Shown in pieces: positions 19,253 to 28,496 of a DNA stretch of 64,000 nt; positions within the stretch are counted from its first letter, which is position 1, and each line of letters starts with the position of its first letter. The stretch is taken from positions 1,036,146-1,100,145 of the forward strand of contig OZ244226.1 of the NCBI GenBank assembly GCA_965217035.1, written 5' to 3'. The translations under genes and the position numbers were made by a program. The notes beneath the pieces are model-generated. The model was not told the DNA's origin and made no database searches. It saw only the letters and a program-made list of their open reading frames with translations. The stretch is from Bacteriovoracaceae bacterium (GTDB lineage: Bacteria > Bdellovibrionota > Bacteriovoracia > Bacteriovoracales > Bacteriovoracaceae).

Positions 19253-20162
19253 GCTCCAATCCCTTAATTTCAAGCATATTTTCTACTTTTGGGTTGTCGC
19301 CAAGGAAGAAAGTATTCAAAAGGCCAGTATACTCTTAAATGTCTCACCCTCGTCGATATCCGAGCAGATCAAAATTCTTGAAGCGAGGGTTGGAGTTAAT
19401 CTTTTTGATAGAAACCAAAAAAAGATGATTCTAGACTCTGCAGGGAAAATCATATTCAAGAAGCTCGATGAGTTTTTCCCAGCAATTGAAGAACTCTTTG
19501 AAAGTCTTATGAATCATAAACATGTTGATGTCAAAATGCTAAAGGTTGGATTCTGTCCAACTCTCTCCAAAGAAATGCGACTTAAGCTTTGCTTTGATCT
19601 TATTGAAGACCCTTATTATACGGTGAAGATCCATCAGGGAGAGAACAGTTTTCTTGTTCAAGCATTCAATAATGATGAAATTGACCTCTTATTTTCCACA
19701 AATACTCAACTTGCGCCAAAAGGGAATTACGAAAAGTTCTCATTGGGAACGAAGCAGTTTAGCCTGGTTTGCAATAAAAAAATGTATGCAAAACTAAATA
19801 AGAAGAAAGGGATCGAAACAGTTCAGAACCAAAGATTTATAAACTTCACCTCTGATTCTGACCTACATTTCAGAGTTTACAACCTCTTAAAGAGTAAAAA
19901 TATTCACCCTATTCGTGTTGCAGAAATTGATGACATCAACCTCATCAAGGAAACTTTAATAAGGTTTAACACCTTCGCTTTTCTTCCAGAGAATTCAATA
20001 AAAGATGAATTGAAACAAGGTTCATTAAAAAAAATCACTTGTGACACTAAGAAACTCGATACTGGAATTATAGCATTTTATAAACCAAAGTTCGAAAGTG
20101 AAAGGTTTCAAGATCATTTAACAAAAATCAAACGAAGCCTACGTCTAACTAAAAGGAAATAG
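19251..20162 (+). CDS. LysR-family regulator, NhaR-like
   Basis: LNFKHIFYFWVVAKEESIQKAS.LLNVSPSSISEQIKILE..G..LFDR. Confidence 0.9.
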   Translation: MLQSLNFKHIFYFWVVAKEESIQKASILLNVSPSSISEQIKILEARVGVNLFDRNQKKMILDSAGKIIFKKLDEFFPAIEELFESLMNHKHVDVKMLKVGFCPTLSKEMRLKLCFDLIEDPYYTVKIHQGENSFLVQAFNNDEIDLLFSTNTQLAPKGNYEKFSLGTKQFSLVCNKKMYAKLNKKKGIETVQNQRFINFTSDSDLHFRVYNLLKSKNIHPIRVAEIDDINLIKETLIRFNTFAFLPENSIKDELKQGSLKKITCDTKKLDTGIIAFYKPKFESERFQDHLTKIKRSLRLTKRK

Positions 20163-21451
20163 TGAAAAGAAAGAAATGCAACAAGCCACTCGGAAAAATA
20201 GAACTCATCGCCATTGCCCTTGGAGGAATGATTGGAGGAGGGATATTCTCCATTCTTGGAGTCTCTGTTGAAATGGTGGGAGCAGGAACCCCTCTAGCAA
20301 TTTTCCTCGGTGGGCTGCTCGCCTTATGTGCTGCTTACTCGTATGCAAAATTGGCTATCTATTATAAGGATGAAGGTGCCACTTATTCATTCTTCAAAAA
20401 AACTTTTCCAGAAAGAGAATTCGCAAGCTCCGCTATAGGGTGGTTAATTGTTTTCGGTTATATAAGTACACTTGCTCTATATGCCTTTACATTTTCTAGT
20501 TATTTTGCAACTTTTTTCAACACAAGTTTCGTCTACCTCAAAGAATGTATTGCCTTTTTCATTATTTTCCTCTTTGCATTAATCAACTATTCAAGCGTTA
20601 AGGGGATGGGTAGAGTTGAAGACATACTCGTCTACTTAAAAATTGTAATCCTTCTTATTATTTCTGGTTTCTTTATTTTTGAACATAACCAAATCATTGA
20701 TGTTGAAAGCTACTACTCGGGATTTTCTATCCAAAGTCTCATTACTGTTGCATCTATCACTTTTGTTGCCTATGAAGGGTTTCAGCTTGTCATCCATGCC
20801 TATAATGATGCTGATAACCCTCAACAAAATGTTCCAACTGCCATCTATTGGTCGATCGGGATTGCCATTTTCCTTTATGTAATACTCTCCTTAGGGGCTC
20901 TTTTGAATATACCAAATGACGTTTTAATTAGAGACAAAGAGTTCGCCTTAGCTGCTGGCGCCTCATACACTCTCGGAAAGTGGGGTTATGGGCTTATCAT
21001 GTTTGGAGCCTTATTAGCAACTTCAAGTGCAATCAACGGAACAATTTATGGAGCCTCAAGGTTGATGTCTGTCATAGCAGAGGATGGCGTCTTTCCCAAG
21101 TTCCTATCTAAAAGAGATGATAATCATATTCCGAAGAACTCAATTCTCCTAATGTGTCTTCTCTCCTACCTCTTTATTCTAACAGGAGGACTCCAATCAA
21201 TTCTCGAATTTGGAAGCATCACCTTTATTATTGTTTCTTTTCTCATGGCTTATTCGAATTTTAAAATGAGAAACCAAACTCAATCGAGTCCTTTTTTCTC
21301 TTTTCTTGCTATGTTTTTCTTGGCGCTTGCTGGACTCTATATCTTAATTTTTAAATACCAAACAGACATGAAACAACTATTCACCATCTTTTCAATTTAT
21401 TTAGTTTTGGTCTTAGCTGCTCGATTTTATTCTAACGGTAAACACGTTTAA
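20162..21451 (+). CDS. APC-family amino acid permease
   Basis: GGMIGGGIFS, FVAYEGF, about 12 TM helices. Confidence 0.9.
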   Translation: MKRKKCNKPLGKIELIAIALGGMIGGGIFSILGVSVEMVGAGTPLAIFLGGLLALCAAYSYAKLAIYYKDEGATYSFFKKTFPEREFASSAIGWLIVFGYISTLALYAFTFSSYFATFFNTSFVYLKECIAFFIIFLFALINYSSVKGMGRVEDILVYLKIVILLIISGFFIFEHNQIIDVESYYSGFSIQSLITVASITFVAYEGFQLVIHAYNDADNPQQNVPTAIYWSIGIAIFLYVILSLGALLNIPNDVLIRDKEFALAAGASYTLGKWGYGLIMFGALLATSSAINGTIYGASRLMSVIAEDGVFPKFLSKRDDNHIPKNSILLMCLLSYLFILTGGLQSILEFGSITFIIVSFLMAYSNFKMRNQTQSSPFFSFLAMFFLALAGLYILIFKYQTDMKQLFTIFSIYLVLVLAARFYSNGKHV

Positions 21452-21472
21452 CGCAGATAGAAAAGATGTAAG

Positions 21473-21610
21473 AAGTGTTCTAAAATCAGAACACTTTGTT
21501 TATTCAGATGAACACGAATTCATTTGAATAAATTTCTATTCGAAGCAAATCGCATAAGACCCTAAAATCACGAACTACACATCATGGCAAAAACTGGCAT
21601 CTCCTTTGCT
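21473..21610 (+). promoter_or_regulatory. Sigma54-type promoter with upstream inverted repeats
   Basis: TGGCATCTCCTTTGCT (21595-21610, GG-N10-GC); IRs AAGTGTTCT-N6-AGAACACTT (21473-21496) and TTTATTCAGATGAA-N6-TTCATTTGAATAAA (21499-21532). Confidence 0.55.
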
Positions 21611-21623
21611 CTATATATTCGTC

Positions 21624-22352
21624 ATGAAAGTTATAAGTAAGAAAGTGCTCAGTTACCTTGAGCCATTAGTCAGCTGGAAAATTCTCAATCTTGATAATCT
21701 TGTAAAAGAGAACAAGTATACTGTTTCTAAAAAATGGATGAGTAAGATTGTTCTTCAAGCTGAGAGGTTTGAAATTGTTGGATCATATTATCATCCTCTT
21801 TCCTCTAGAAAATACGCATACCTAAAAGAAGCAGGAAGGAAGATTTTAGCGACAGGAAATAGGTCCTTCGCCCCCGGTGAGGACCTATTTCAAGGAGCGG
21901 TCGTTTCTGAGATCATTTACCTCATCAACAGTTTAATACCCTTAGACTGTTTTCAGTTTAAGCAATACGAAAAGAGCTTCGAGCAAAACCTCTACAATCC
22001 TGATTCTTATTTTTCTCTTTCAGGGGAGGATTATTACTTGAATTTCATTTTTCGACTGGTTGGCTCGTCGAGAATAAAGAAGCGAATTAATCATCAGCTT
22101 CAAGTAATCCCTGACAGCAAGGTCATTTTCATATTTGCGAGAAGGAATCATCTAGAGCGTTACAAGGAATTCCTTAAGAAAGAAGAAAACCTTGAAGATA
22201 AGGTAAGGCTTTTTTATCTCCCCTCAATTTTATCAAGTGATATTGACCTCTATGAGTCTCCAGAATTATTGAATTACCTCAATATAAAGATGGCGAACCC
22301 TAGGCGACGGGCTGGCGATCTTGTCCCCAAGCCCTATTTTGACTCCTCCTAA
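21624..22352 (+). CDS. Hypothetical island protein; wHTH plus degenerate PD-(D/E)xK layout resembling the replication-relaxation family
   Basis: RKYAYLKEAGRKIL and NPDSYF segments; start moved to ATG 21624; lies next to xis/int. Confidence 0.45.
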   Translation: MKVISKKVLSYLEPLVSWKILNLDNLVKENKYTVSKKWMSKIVLQAERFEIVGSYYHPLSSRKYAYLKEAGRKILATGNRSFAPGEDLFQGAVVSEIIYLINSLIPLDCFQFKQYEKSFEQNLYNPDSYFSLSGEDYYLNFIFRLVGSSRIKKRINHQLQVIPDSKVIFIFARRNHLERYKEFLKKEENLEDKVRLFYLPSILSSDIDLYESPELLNYLNIKMANPRRRAGDLVPKPYFDSS

Positions 22353-22371
22353 GTCATTAGGTTTATTAGAT

Positions 22372-22449
22372 GCGCGCACGCTCCGTAGACTGACTCCCCA
22401 CTCACAACTAAAAGTTATTACGAGTAGGGAGTCAGTCTACTCCGCGCGC
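22372..22449. repeat. GC-rich long inverted repeat (candidate origin or structured RNA)
   Basis: GTAGACTGACTCCC (22385-22398) / GGGAGTCAGTCTAC (22427-22440), perfect 14 bp, extended by ACTC/GAGT and GCGCG/CGCGC. Confidence 0.8.
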
Positions 22450-22520
22450 TTATTTTTGAGTAAGAAAGTAAAAAGTAAAGACATAAGAGAAAGAATTTAA
22501 CCATAAAAGGAGTTTTTGGT

Positions 22521-22745
22521 ATGGTCTGTAGGAAAAATGCAATTGAACTGCTCTTTGAAAATTTAAAACCGTTATTAGGACCTAATGAAGTTGCTGAATT
22601 GTTAAAACGAAAGGTTTCAACAATTTACGATTGGAAATATAGGTCTACGATGAGAAACATCCCAGACGATCTTTTTATTAAACTGAAAGGTCGTTTGTTA
22701 ATTAATAGAGATGTCTTAAAAACCTGGCTTATCTCCCAAAATTAG
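22521..22745 (+). CDS. Excisionase-like (AlpA/HTH_17-type) DNA-binding protein
   Basis: LLGPNEVAELLKRKVSTIYDW...KLKGRLLINRDVLKTWL; AAGGAG RBS; directly upstream of the integrase. Confidence 0.8.
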   Translation: MVCRKNAIELLFENLKPLLGPNEVAELLKRKVSTIYDWKYRSTMRNIPDDLFIKLKGRLLINRDVLKTWLISQN

Positions 22746-22755
22746 AGAGGTAAGT

Positions 22756-23880
22756 ATGGAAATTAAAAAAGTTATCCTAAAAAATAAGAAGATCCGTTAT
22801 CGCGTTCGTTATAGAGAGCGAGGCAAAAGACACCAGCTAAGCTTTGAAAAAGAAAAGGAAGCTAAAGAGTTTCTTCTGAACAAGAAGAAAGATCTCTTGG
22901 TTAAGAAGAAAACCGGCATGGGATTACTCCCTGATCTAACTTTTAAAACCGAAGCTGAACGATGGCTCAAAATCCGTGGCTCTCAGTTTAGCAAGAGTCA
23001 TCAGATGAGGGCCAAAAAAGTCTTAGGTTGGTTTCTTCGAGAATTCGGTCATCTCCCTCCTGAAAGAATTAATGCGAACTTGCTTTATGATCTTCAAGTT
23101 GAACTCCTGGATCGAGGTTTAAAACCTAAATCAGTGAATAACAATCTTGAAATCATCACGGCGATTCTTAATTTTTCTTTTAAGAGTCAAAGAATTCCCT
23201 TCCATCCTGCTCATGGTTTAAGGAAGCTCACCAGTAAAAAGCCTGATATGCTTTTCTTAGAATCTTCAGAGGTAGAACAATTCTTAGACTTCACCGCTGA
23301 AAAATACCCCGTTCAGTCACCTAAAAGATGGATTTACGTTGTTTATTTAACACTGTTAAACACGGCCATTAGATCAGGTGAATGCTGGGGATTGATGCCG
23401 AAGGATCTTAAGATTGAACGAGGAGTGATCAATATTCAAAGACAATGGAACCGAATGGAGCAAACTTATGGTGAACCCAAATGGGACTCCAAGCGAGAAG
23501 TTCCTCTTAATAGGGAGCTTTATCGAGAGATGAACTTTCTTATTAAACGGAGGAACATCAAACTAAGTGATCCTTTGTTTCAAAATAAGAATGGGAAACC
23601 TATTTGTCATGAGAATTTCGATAAGAGAGTCTTTCGAGTGGACGTAAAGGAGGCAGGGATCACACCAATTACCCTACACTCCCTGAGGCACACTTCGATC
23701 TCTCTGATGGTTCAAAACCAGATCGATGCTAAGACCATTCAGGACATTGCCGGCCATAAGGATTCCAAAACTACCCCTAATTATACCCATCGTTTTGCAG
23801 GTGCCATTCAACGAGTCGCCGAGACTTTTTGGATTGGTATGCAAAGCGATAAAGCAACTAAGCTTAAGTTAATCAAATGA
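22756..23880 (+). CDS. Tyrosine recombinase/integrase
   Basis: Catalytic set present: AIRSGE (R), EPKW (K), HSLRH, AGH, TTPNY; N-terminal arm-binding-like YRVRYRE. Confidence 0.95.
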   Translation: MEIKKVILKNKKIRYRVRYRERGKRHQLSFEKEKEAKEFLLNKKKDLLVKKKTGMGLLPDLTFKTEAERWLKIRGSQFSKSHQMRAKKVLGWFLREFGHLPPERINANLLYDLQVELLDRGLKPKSVNNNLEIITAILNFSFKSQRIPFHPAHGLRKLTSKKPDMLFLESSEVEQFLDFTAEKYPVQSPKRWIYVVYLTLLNTAIRSGECWGLMPKDLKIERGVINIQRQWNRMEQTYGEPKWDSKREVPLNRELYREMNFLIKRRNIKLSDPLFQNKNGKPICHENFDKRVFRVDVKEAGITPITLHSLRHTSISLMVQNQIDAKTIQDIAGHKDSKTTPNYTHRFAGAIQRVAETFWIGMQSDKATKLKLIK

Positions 23881-23936
23881 GGTGGACGCATTTTGGTTTT
23901 TGAAATTTTAAGTGAGTTGTATCTAGCTGAAATAAT

Positions 23937-24013
<77 letters not shown>

Positions 24014-24168
24014 CTAGATTTGATCTGAGACTACAGTGACTGATTAGGTTTGTCCACAATTAATCTGACTTTCACTGCCAAGTACTGTGAATTATTAAGA
24101 TTTTTAAAAGATTTGCCGAAAAAGATTTTAGTACGCTTGCTTGGAAGCAATTAAAAAAAGGGTATCCC

Positions 24169-24483
24169 ATGAAACAGTTCTCATTCAAAGATTCAATGGT
24201 TATCAAAATCAAGTCTGAAGGTCTCACGGAGCAACAAAAAAGACTTATAAAAAGCTTAAATACATATTTGGTAGAACTTTTAAATACAGAGAAAGAAGAG
24301 AATTTTTTCAAAAATACAGAGGAAACTGTTAGAGTCCTTGCTGCCCTGGTTAAACAATCCAACTTTTCAACTTTTGTAAAAAGCGAGGATGATATTGCTT
24401 ATGCTGAACAAGCACTTGAATCTTCTTTTGATTCAGTCATTGAAAAACTCTATACGAGTGAAACAGTTATTTACGATAACTGA
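24169..24483 (+). CDS. Hypothetical protein
   Basis: 104-aa ORF, convergent overlap with rluB end. Confidence 0.65.
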   Translation: MKQFSFKDSMVIKIKSEGLTEQQKRLIKSLNTYLVELLNTEKEENFFKNTEETVRVLAALVKQSNFSTFVKSEDDIAYAEQALESSFDSVIEKLYTSETVIYDN

Positions 24484-25397
24484 ATAAAATCTTCTTTTAC
24501 CTTTTTCAGAGGTTCTTTCGCTTTAACTGTTACCAAGTAATGTTCTTTTCTAAACTTTACGAAACTTTGATCATCAGCTTTGGGAGCTGAAGTTTTAAAT
24601 CTCTGTCTTTTTCTTTTATTAACAGTTTTCTTTGGCGAAACATAATCAAAATCTTTAACTTTTTCACCTTTAGAGTTAAGGCCGATAGATTTAAGAAGTT
24701 CTTTTCTTGTAAGCACTCTAAAATCACCAGGACTTAGACCATCTAATGAAAGATTTCCAATCGCAACTCTTCTAAGCTTATCAATAGTCAATCCACAAGC
24801 CTCGCAAAGCCTTCTGATTTCTCGATTCTTTCCTTCATTTAATCTAAACTCTAGCCAAGTCTTTCCTGCAAGTTGCTTAATCACTCGCACAGAAATCGGC
24901 TTCAGAAAGTCTCCTCCATCATGGATTCCATCACGGATTTTATTCAAAAGACCTTCTGTCATGACACCAAAAACCTTCACTTCATAAACCTTAGTAACTT
25001 CAAACTTTGGATGCATGAGCTTTTGAGTAAGATCTCCATCATTAGTCATGATCATCAAACCTTCTGAGTGATAATCGAGCCGACCAACAGGATAAATTCT
25101 CGACTTAATACCTTTGCAAAGATCAACAACAGTCCTTCTTCCCTCTGGGTCAGATACTGTCGACATAATGGCGCGAGGTTTATTAAGGATAATATAAATT
25201 CTTTCAAGAGCTGCAATATCAATTGTCTCTCCATGAACTTGAACAAGATCAACTCCTGGAATAACTTTTGATCCAAGTTCAGAAACAGTTTTTCCATTTA
25301 CCTTCACTTGGCGAGCAACAATGAGATCCTCAGCTTTTCTTCTTGAGGTCACTCCACAATCTGCAATGTATTTTTGTAATCGAACTGGTGTAGTCAT
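24471..25397 (-). CDS. rluB: Pseudouridine synthase, RluB/RsuA family
   Basis: S4 domain RLQKYIADCGVTSRRKAE, PVGRLD, EGKNREIRR; downstream of scpAB. Confidence 0.9.
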   Translation of the reverse strand: MTTPVRLQKYIADCGVTSRRKAEDLIVARQVKVNGKTVSELGSKVIPGVDLVQVHGETIDIAALERIYIILNKPRAIMSTVSDPEGRRTVVDLCKGIKSRIYPVGRLDYHSEGLMIMTNDGDLTQKLMHPKFEVTKVYEVKVFGVMTEGLLNKIRDGIHDGGDFLKPISVRVIKQLAGKTWLEFRLNEGKNREIRRLCEACGLTIDKLRRVAIGNLSLDGLSPGDFRVLTRKELLKSIGLNSKGEKVKDFDYVSPKKTVNKRKRQRFKTSAPKADDQSFVKFRKEHYLVTVKAKEPLKKVKEDFIQLS

Positions 25398-25452
25398 ATC
25401 TATCTCCCGACAGTTACTTAGTGAATGTCTGCTTCTAGCATTAGGAAAAAGA

Positions 25453-26781
25453 CTATGAAAAGTCTTTTTCGTCAGAATCTTCTAGATCTGAAAGTTTTTC
25501 CTGAATATTGCTTAAGTCATCGATTTCAAAGCCATCTAATTCTGAAAGCTCGTCTTGGATCTCTTCCTCAGTTTCTGATTCAGCCTCAGCTTCGGCTTCA
25601 ACAGCGCGAACCTCTTCAGCCCTATTCTGCATCTCGTCAAAAGCATTTTCAAGAGCATTTGATAAATCCTGCTCATCATCAAATAACCGCTCTGTTTCTG
25701 ATTCTACTAGTTGTTCATCCTCAACGGATGGACTGGCGTCAGCGGAAACTGACGTTTCTAACTCAGCAAGCTGTTCTTCAAGAGCTTCAAGGTTTTGCTC
25801 TGTGATCAACTCACCTTCCTCAGTAGGTTCAACTTCTTCAATTGCTTCAAAAACAGCTTCTTCAAGAAGATCAAAAGCGGTTTTAACTTCCTCTTCCCCT
25901 TCTGTTGATTCAGCATCCGCTGAATCGGCACGCAATGCTTTGCGTGCTTTCTTAGAATTATCTTTCAACTGTTTCGTAAACTCAGTATCAGCCTTAATGT
26001 TTTTGATACTTTCTTTAATTGCATCAAGTTCAGAAAGATCATCAAACTTAAACTTCTCTGCTTCAGTTTTTACAAGTTCTTTAATGTTCTCAATATCACC
26101 AATCGCATTTTCTTCAACAAGTTCCTGAAGGTCATGCATCGATGGAAGATCATCAAGAGTATTCACATTGAAAAGCTCAAGAAACTCATCTGTCGTTCCA
26201 AAAGAACTTGGTTGACCTGTCTCTTGTGAGCGACCAATTACCTTCACAAGTTGTTTATCCATAAGACCACGAATAAGGTGACCGCTATCCACTCCTCTCA
26301 TTTGATCAACTTCTATTTTAGAAATTGGTTGCTTGAAAGCAATGATCGCTAAAACTTCGAGTGATAATGGACTCAAAGTGATAGTTGGAGCTTTATGAAT
26401 ATTGGCAATAAATTTACCGTATTGAATTTTAGTTCTGAATTGATACCCCTCAGCCACTTCCATAAGTTTAAGACCGTGTTTAGAGTTATCATAAATCTCT
26501 TGAAGTTTTTCGATTGAATCGTAAATAAAACGAAGAGGAATATCTTCATCGATTGCTCTTTTAATTTTTTGAATAGAAAGAGGTTTATCACTCATAAAAA
26601 TAAGAGCTTCGACAGCCCCTTGAAGAGTTTCTTCATTAAGGCCAGTGCGAACTTTCCACTCTTTTTCTCGAAGAGCTTGTTCCTCAGCTTCATCCCCCAT
26701 ATCCCATTCATGATTAATGATATCTTTCGCCTTTACTGCTTTTTCGACAATTTCTACGCTCTCTAATGTTTGTTCTTCCAT
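25453..26781 (-). CDS. scpB: SMC-Scp complex subunit ScpB with long acidic C-terminal extension
   Basis: VEALIF, VAEGYQFRT, LEVLAIIAFKQPI, RGVDS, FGTTDEFLELF. Confidence 0.92.
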   Translation of the reverse strand: MEEQTLESVEIVEKAVKAKDIINHEWDMGDEAEEQALREKEWKVRTGLNEETLQGAVEALIFMSDKPLSIQKIKRAIDEDIPLRFIYDSIEKLQEIYDNSKHGLKLMEVAEGYQFRTKIQYGKFIANIHKAPTITLSPLSLEVLAIIAFKQPISKIEVDQMRGVDSGHLIRGLMDKQLVKVIGRSQETGQPSSFGTTDEFLELFNVNTLDDLPSMHDLQELVEENAIGDIENIKELVKTEAEKFKFDDLSELDAIKESIKNIKADTEFTKQLKDNSKKARKALRADSADAESTEGEEEVKTAFDLLEEAVFEAIEEVEPTEEGELITEQNLEALEEQLAELETSVSADASPSVEDEQLVESETERLFDDEQDLSNALENAFDEMQNRAEEVRAVEAEAEAESETEEEIQDELSELDGFEIDDLSNIQEKLSDLEDSDEKDFS

Positions 26782-26791
26782 AACTAACCTA

Positions 26792-27679
26792 TTATTGTAC
26801 TGGGGCAGTGACTTCTGTCTCTGCTAATGTTTCAGGTGCAGGTGTTTGTTCCGATTCAGCCATATCGGTTGAATCGGCGCCAGACGCATCTGGCTTATAT
26901 TGCGCATCCTCTGCATCAAAACCATCTGCTTGGTTTACATCAAAGTCTTCCATCGACTTCACAACATCGACATAAATCTCTTTTGAATCTTCAGCTTGAA
27001 AGACTTCAATTTTTCTAAGCCTTGCAAGCTCGAGGAGAGAGATAAAAGTCATGACAACTTCTTGAAGTTTATTGTCTGTCTCAGGAATAAGATCTTTAAA
27101 AATATATTTCTTTCCTTTAAAAAGGAGCTCTTTCAAGCTCACAAGTTTCTTCTTAATAGAAAGGCGCTCTTTGCTAATCACTTGAACTTTTCGCTTCTGA
27201 CGTTTCATCATATCAATCATAAGATTTGTCAGTTGGCTCATATCCATTTCTTTAAATAACACTTCAAAATGTTGCTTTTTATCGAGCTTCGGTCGGCTAT
27301 AAATTTCATAACCTTGCTTTGGAAGACTCCAAAGTCCTTGGCTGATTCTTTGGTATTTTTCTAACTCAAGAAGTTTCGCGATCAATTGTTCACGTGTTTC
27401 AATATGAAGCTCATTCTCAGCATCAAGAAGCCTTTGCTTCTCATCTGAATCAACACTCTTCTCGGACTTTAAAAAGATAAGGATCGATGCAAGATAGAGA
27501 TACTCTCCGGCGACATCAAAGTTTAATTCATTCATCTTATTGATATAAGAAAGGTATTGCCCTGTTATTTGGGTAAGATTGAGATTTTGGATGTCCATCT
27601 CATCTTTTTGTACGAGATACAAAAGAAGAGCGAGAGGACCATCAAACTGATCAATGTGAACATAAATGTCGCGACTCAT
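26792..27679 (-). CDS. scpA: Segregation/condensation protein ScpA
   Basis: FDGPLALLLYLV, AGEYLYLAS, TFISLLELAR. Confidence 0.92.
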   Translation of the reverse strand: MSRDIYVHIDQFDGPLALLLYLVQKDEMDIQNLNLTQITGQYLSYINKMNELNFDVAGEYLYLASILIFLKSEKSVDSDEKQRLLDAENELHIETREQLIAKLLELEKYQRISQGLWSLPKQGYEIYSRPKLDKKQHFEVLFKEMDMSQLTNLMIDMMKRQKRKVQVISKERLSIKKKLVSLKELLFKGKKYIFKDLIPETDNKLQEVVMTFISLLELARLRKIEVFQAEDSKEIYVDVVKSMEDFDVNQADGFDAEDAQYKPDASGADSTDMAESEQTPAPETLAETEVTAPVQ

Positions 27680-27769
27680 AACGAATTTTAGTTTAGCATT
27701 TTAGTCAGTGGCCTGTACACCAAAAGAAAAGAAGACACACATCTTTTATCTCACGACTCGTTGCAAAAA

Positions 27770-28447
27770 TCAGGCAGGCATGATCATAAAAAAGAATCGA
27801 GTGATCAGAACGCCTAATGCTTGAAAAGGGAAAATAAGATAACCGAGAATTGGCACCCCAACTAAGCTTAACAGCATTAATCCGTAAAAAGCATAAACCA
27901 AGTAGCCCTGATATTGTTCAAACTTATAAGCCCAGTTTCCTCTTAATTTCGCAATTAGCATTTTCGAGCCATCCAGAGGTGGAAATGGTAGTAGATTAAA
28001 TCCCATAAGAACGAAATTAATGAGCATTGAAAACTGTAAAATCTCAACTATTACATTCTTGTAGGAGAATGCTTCTTCTGTGTAATTAACAACGCAAACA
28101 AGTAAAAAAGCCGATAAAGTTCCTGTTACAAAATTAGACAAAGGCCCAGCAAAACTCACCCAGAAGAGTCCTTTTCTATAATCAGAGAAGTTTCTAGGAT
28201 TAATTGGAACTGGCTTTGCGTAACCAAAAGGAGACCCAAAAAAATAAATCAATAAAGCTGGCATGATCACAGTTCCGAACATATCAAGATGAACGGCCGG
28301 ATTCATACTAATCCTCCCAGCTCTTTCAGCCGTGTCATCACCAAAGCGCTTCGCCACATAAGCGTGAGCAACCTCATGAATAATGATAGCGAAAAGCAGT
28401 CCAGGTAGACATTTTGCGACGTTGTAGATAAAAGTTTGAGTATCCAT
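27770..28447 (-). CDS. Site-2 protease (M50) family protein
   Basis: HEVAH, AGPLSN, FNLLPFPPLDG. Confidence 0.92.
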   Translation of the reverse strand: MDTQTFIYNVAKCLPGLLFAIIIHEVAHAYVAKRFGDDTAERAGRISMNPAVHLDMFGTVIMPALLIYFFGSPFGYAKPVPINPRNFSDYRKGLFWVSFAGPLSNFVTGTLSAFLLVCVVNYTEEAFSYKNVIVEILQFSMLINFVLMGFNLLPFPPLDGSKMLIAKLRGNWAYKFEQYQGYLVYAFYGLMLLSLVGVPILGYLIFPFQALGVLITRFFFMIMPA

Positions 28448-28496
28448 GGTAGGATTATAACCAGATGGTTAGTGATTGCCATTTAAATAAATAAAA

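Noticed and set aside
14555..23935. Prophage or ICE
   Set aside because: No capsid, terminase, tail, T4SS or coupling-protein genes between the att sites.
25508..26128. 206-aa Ser-rich ORF on + strand
   Set aside because: Antisense shadow of the Glu-rich scpB tail.
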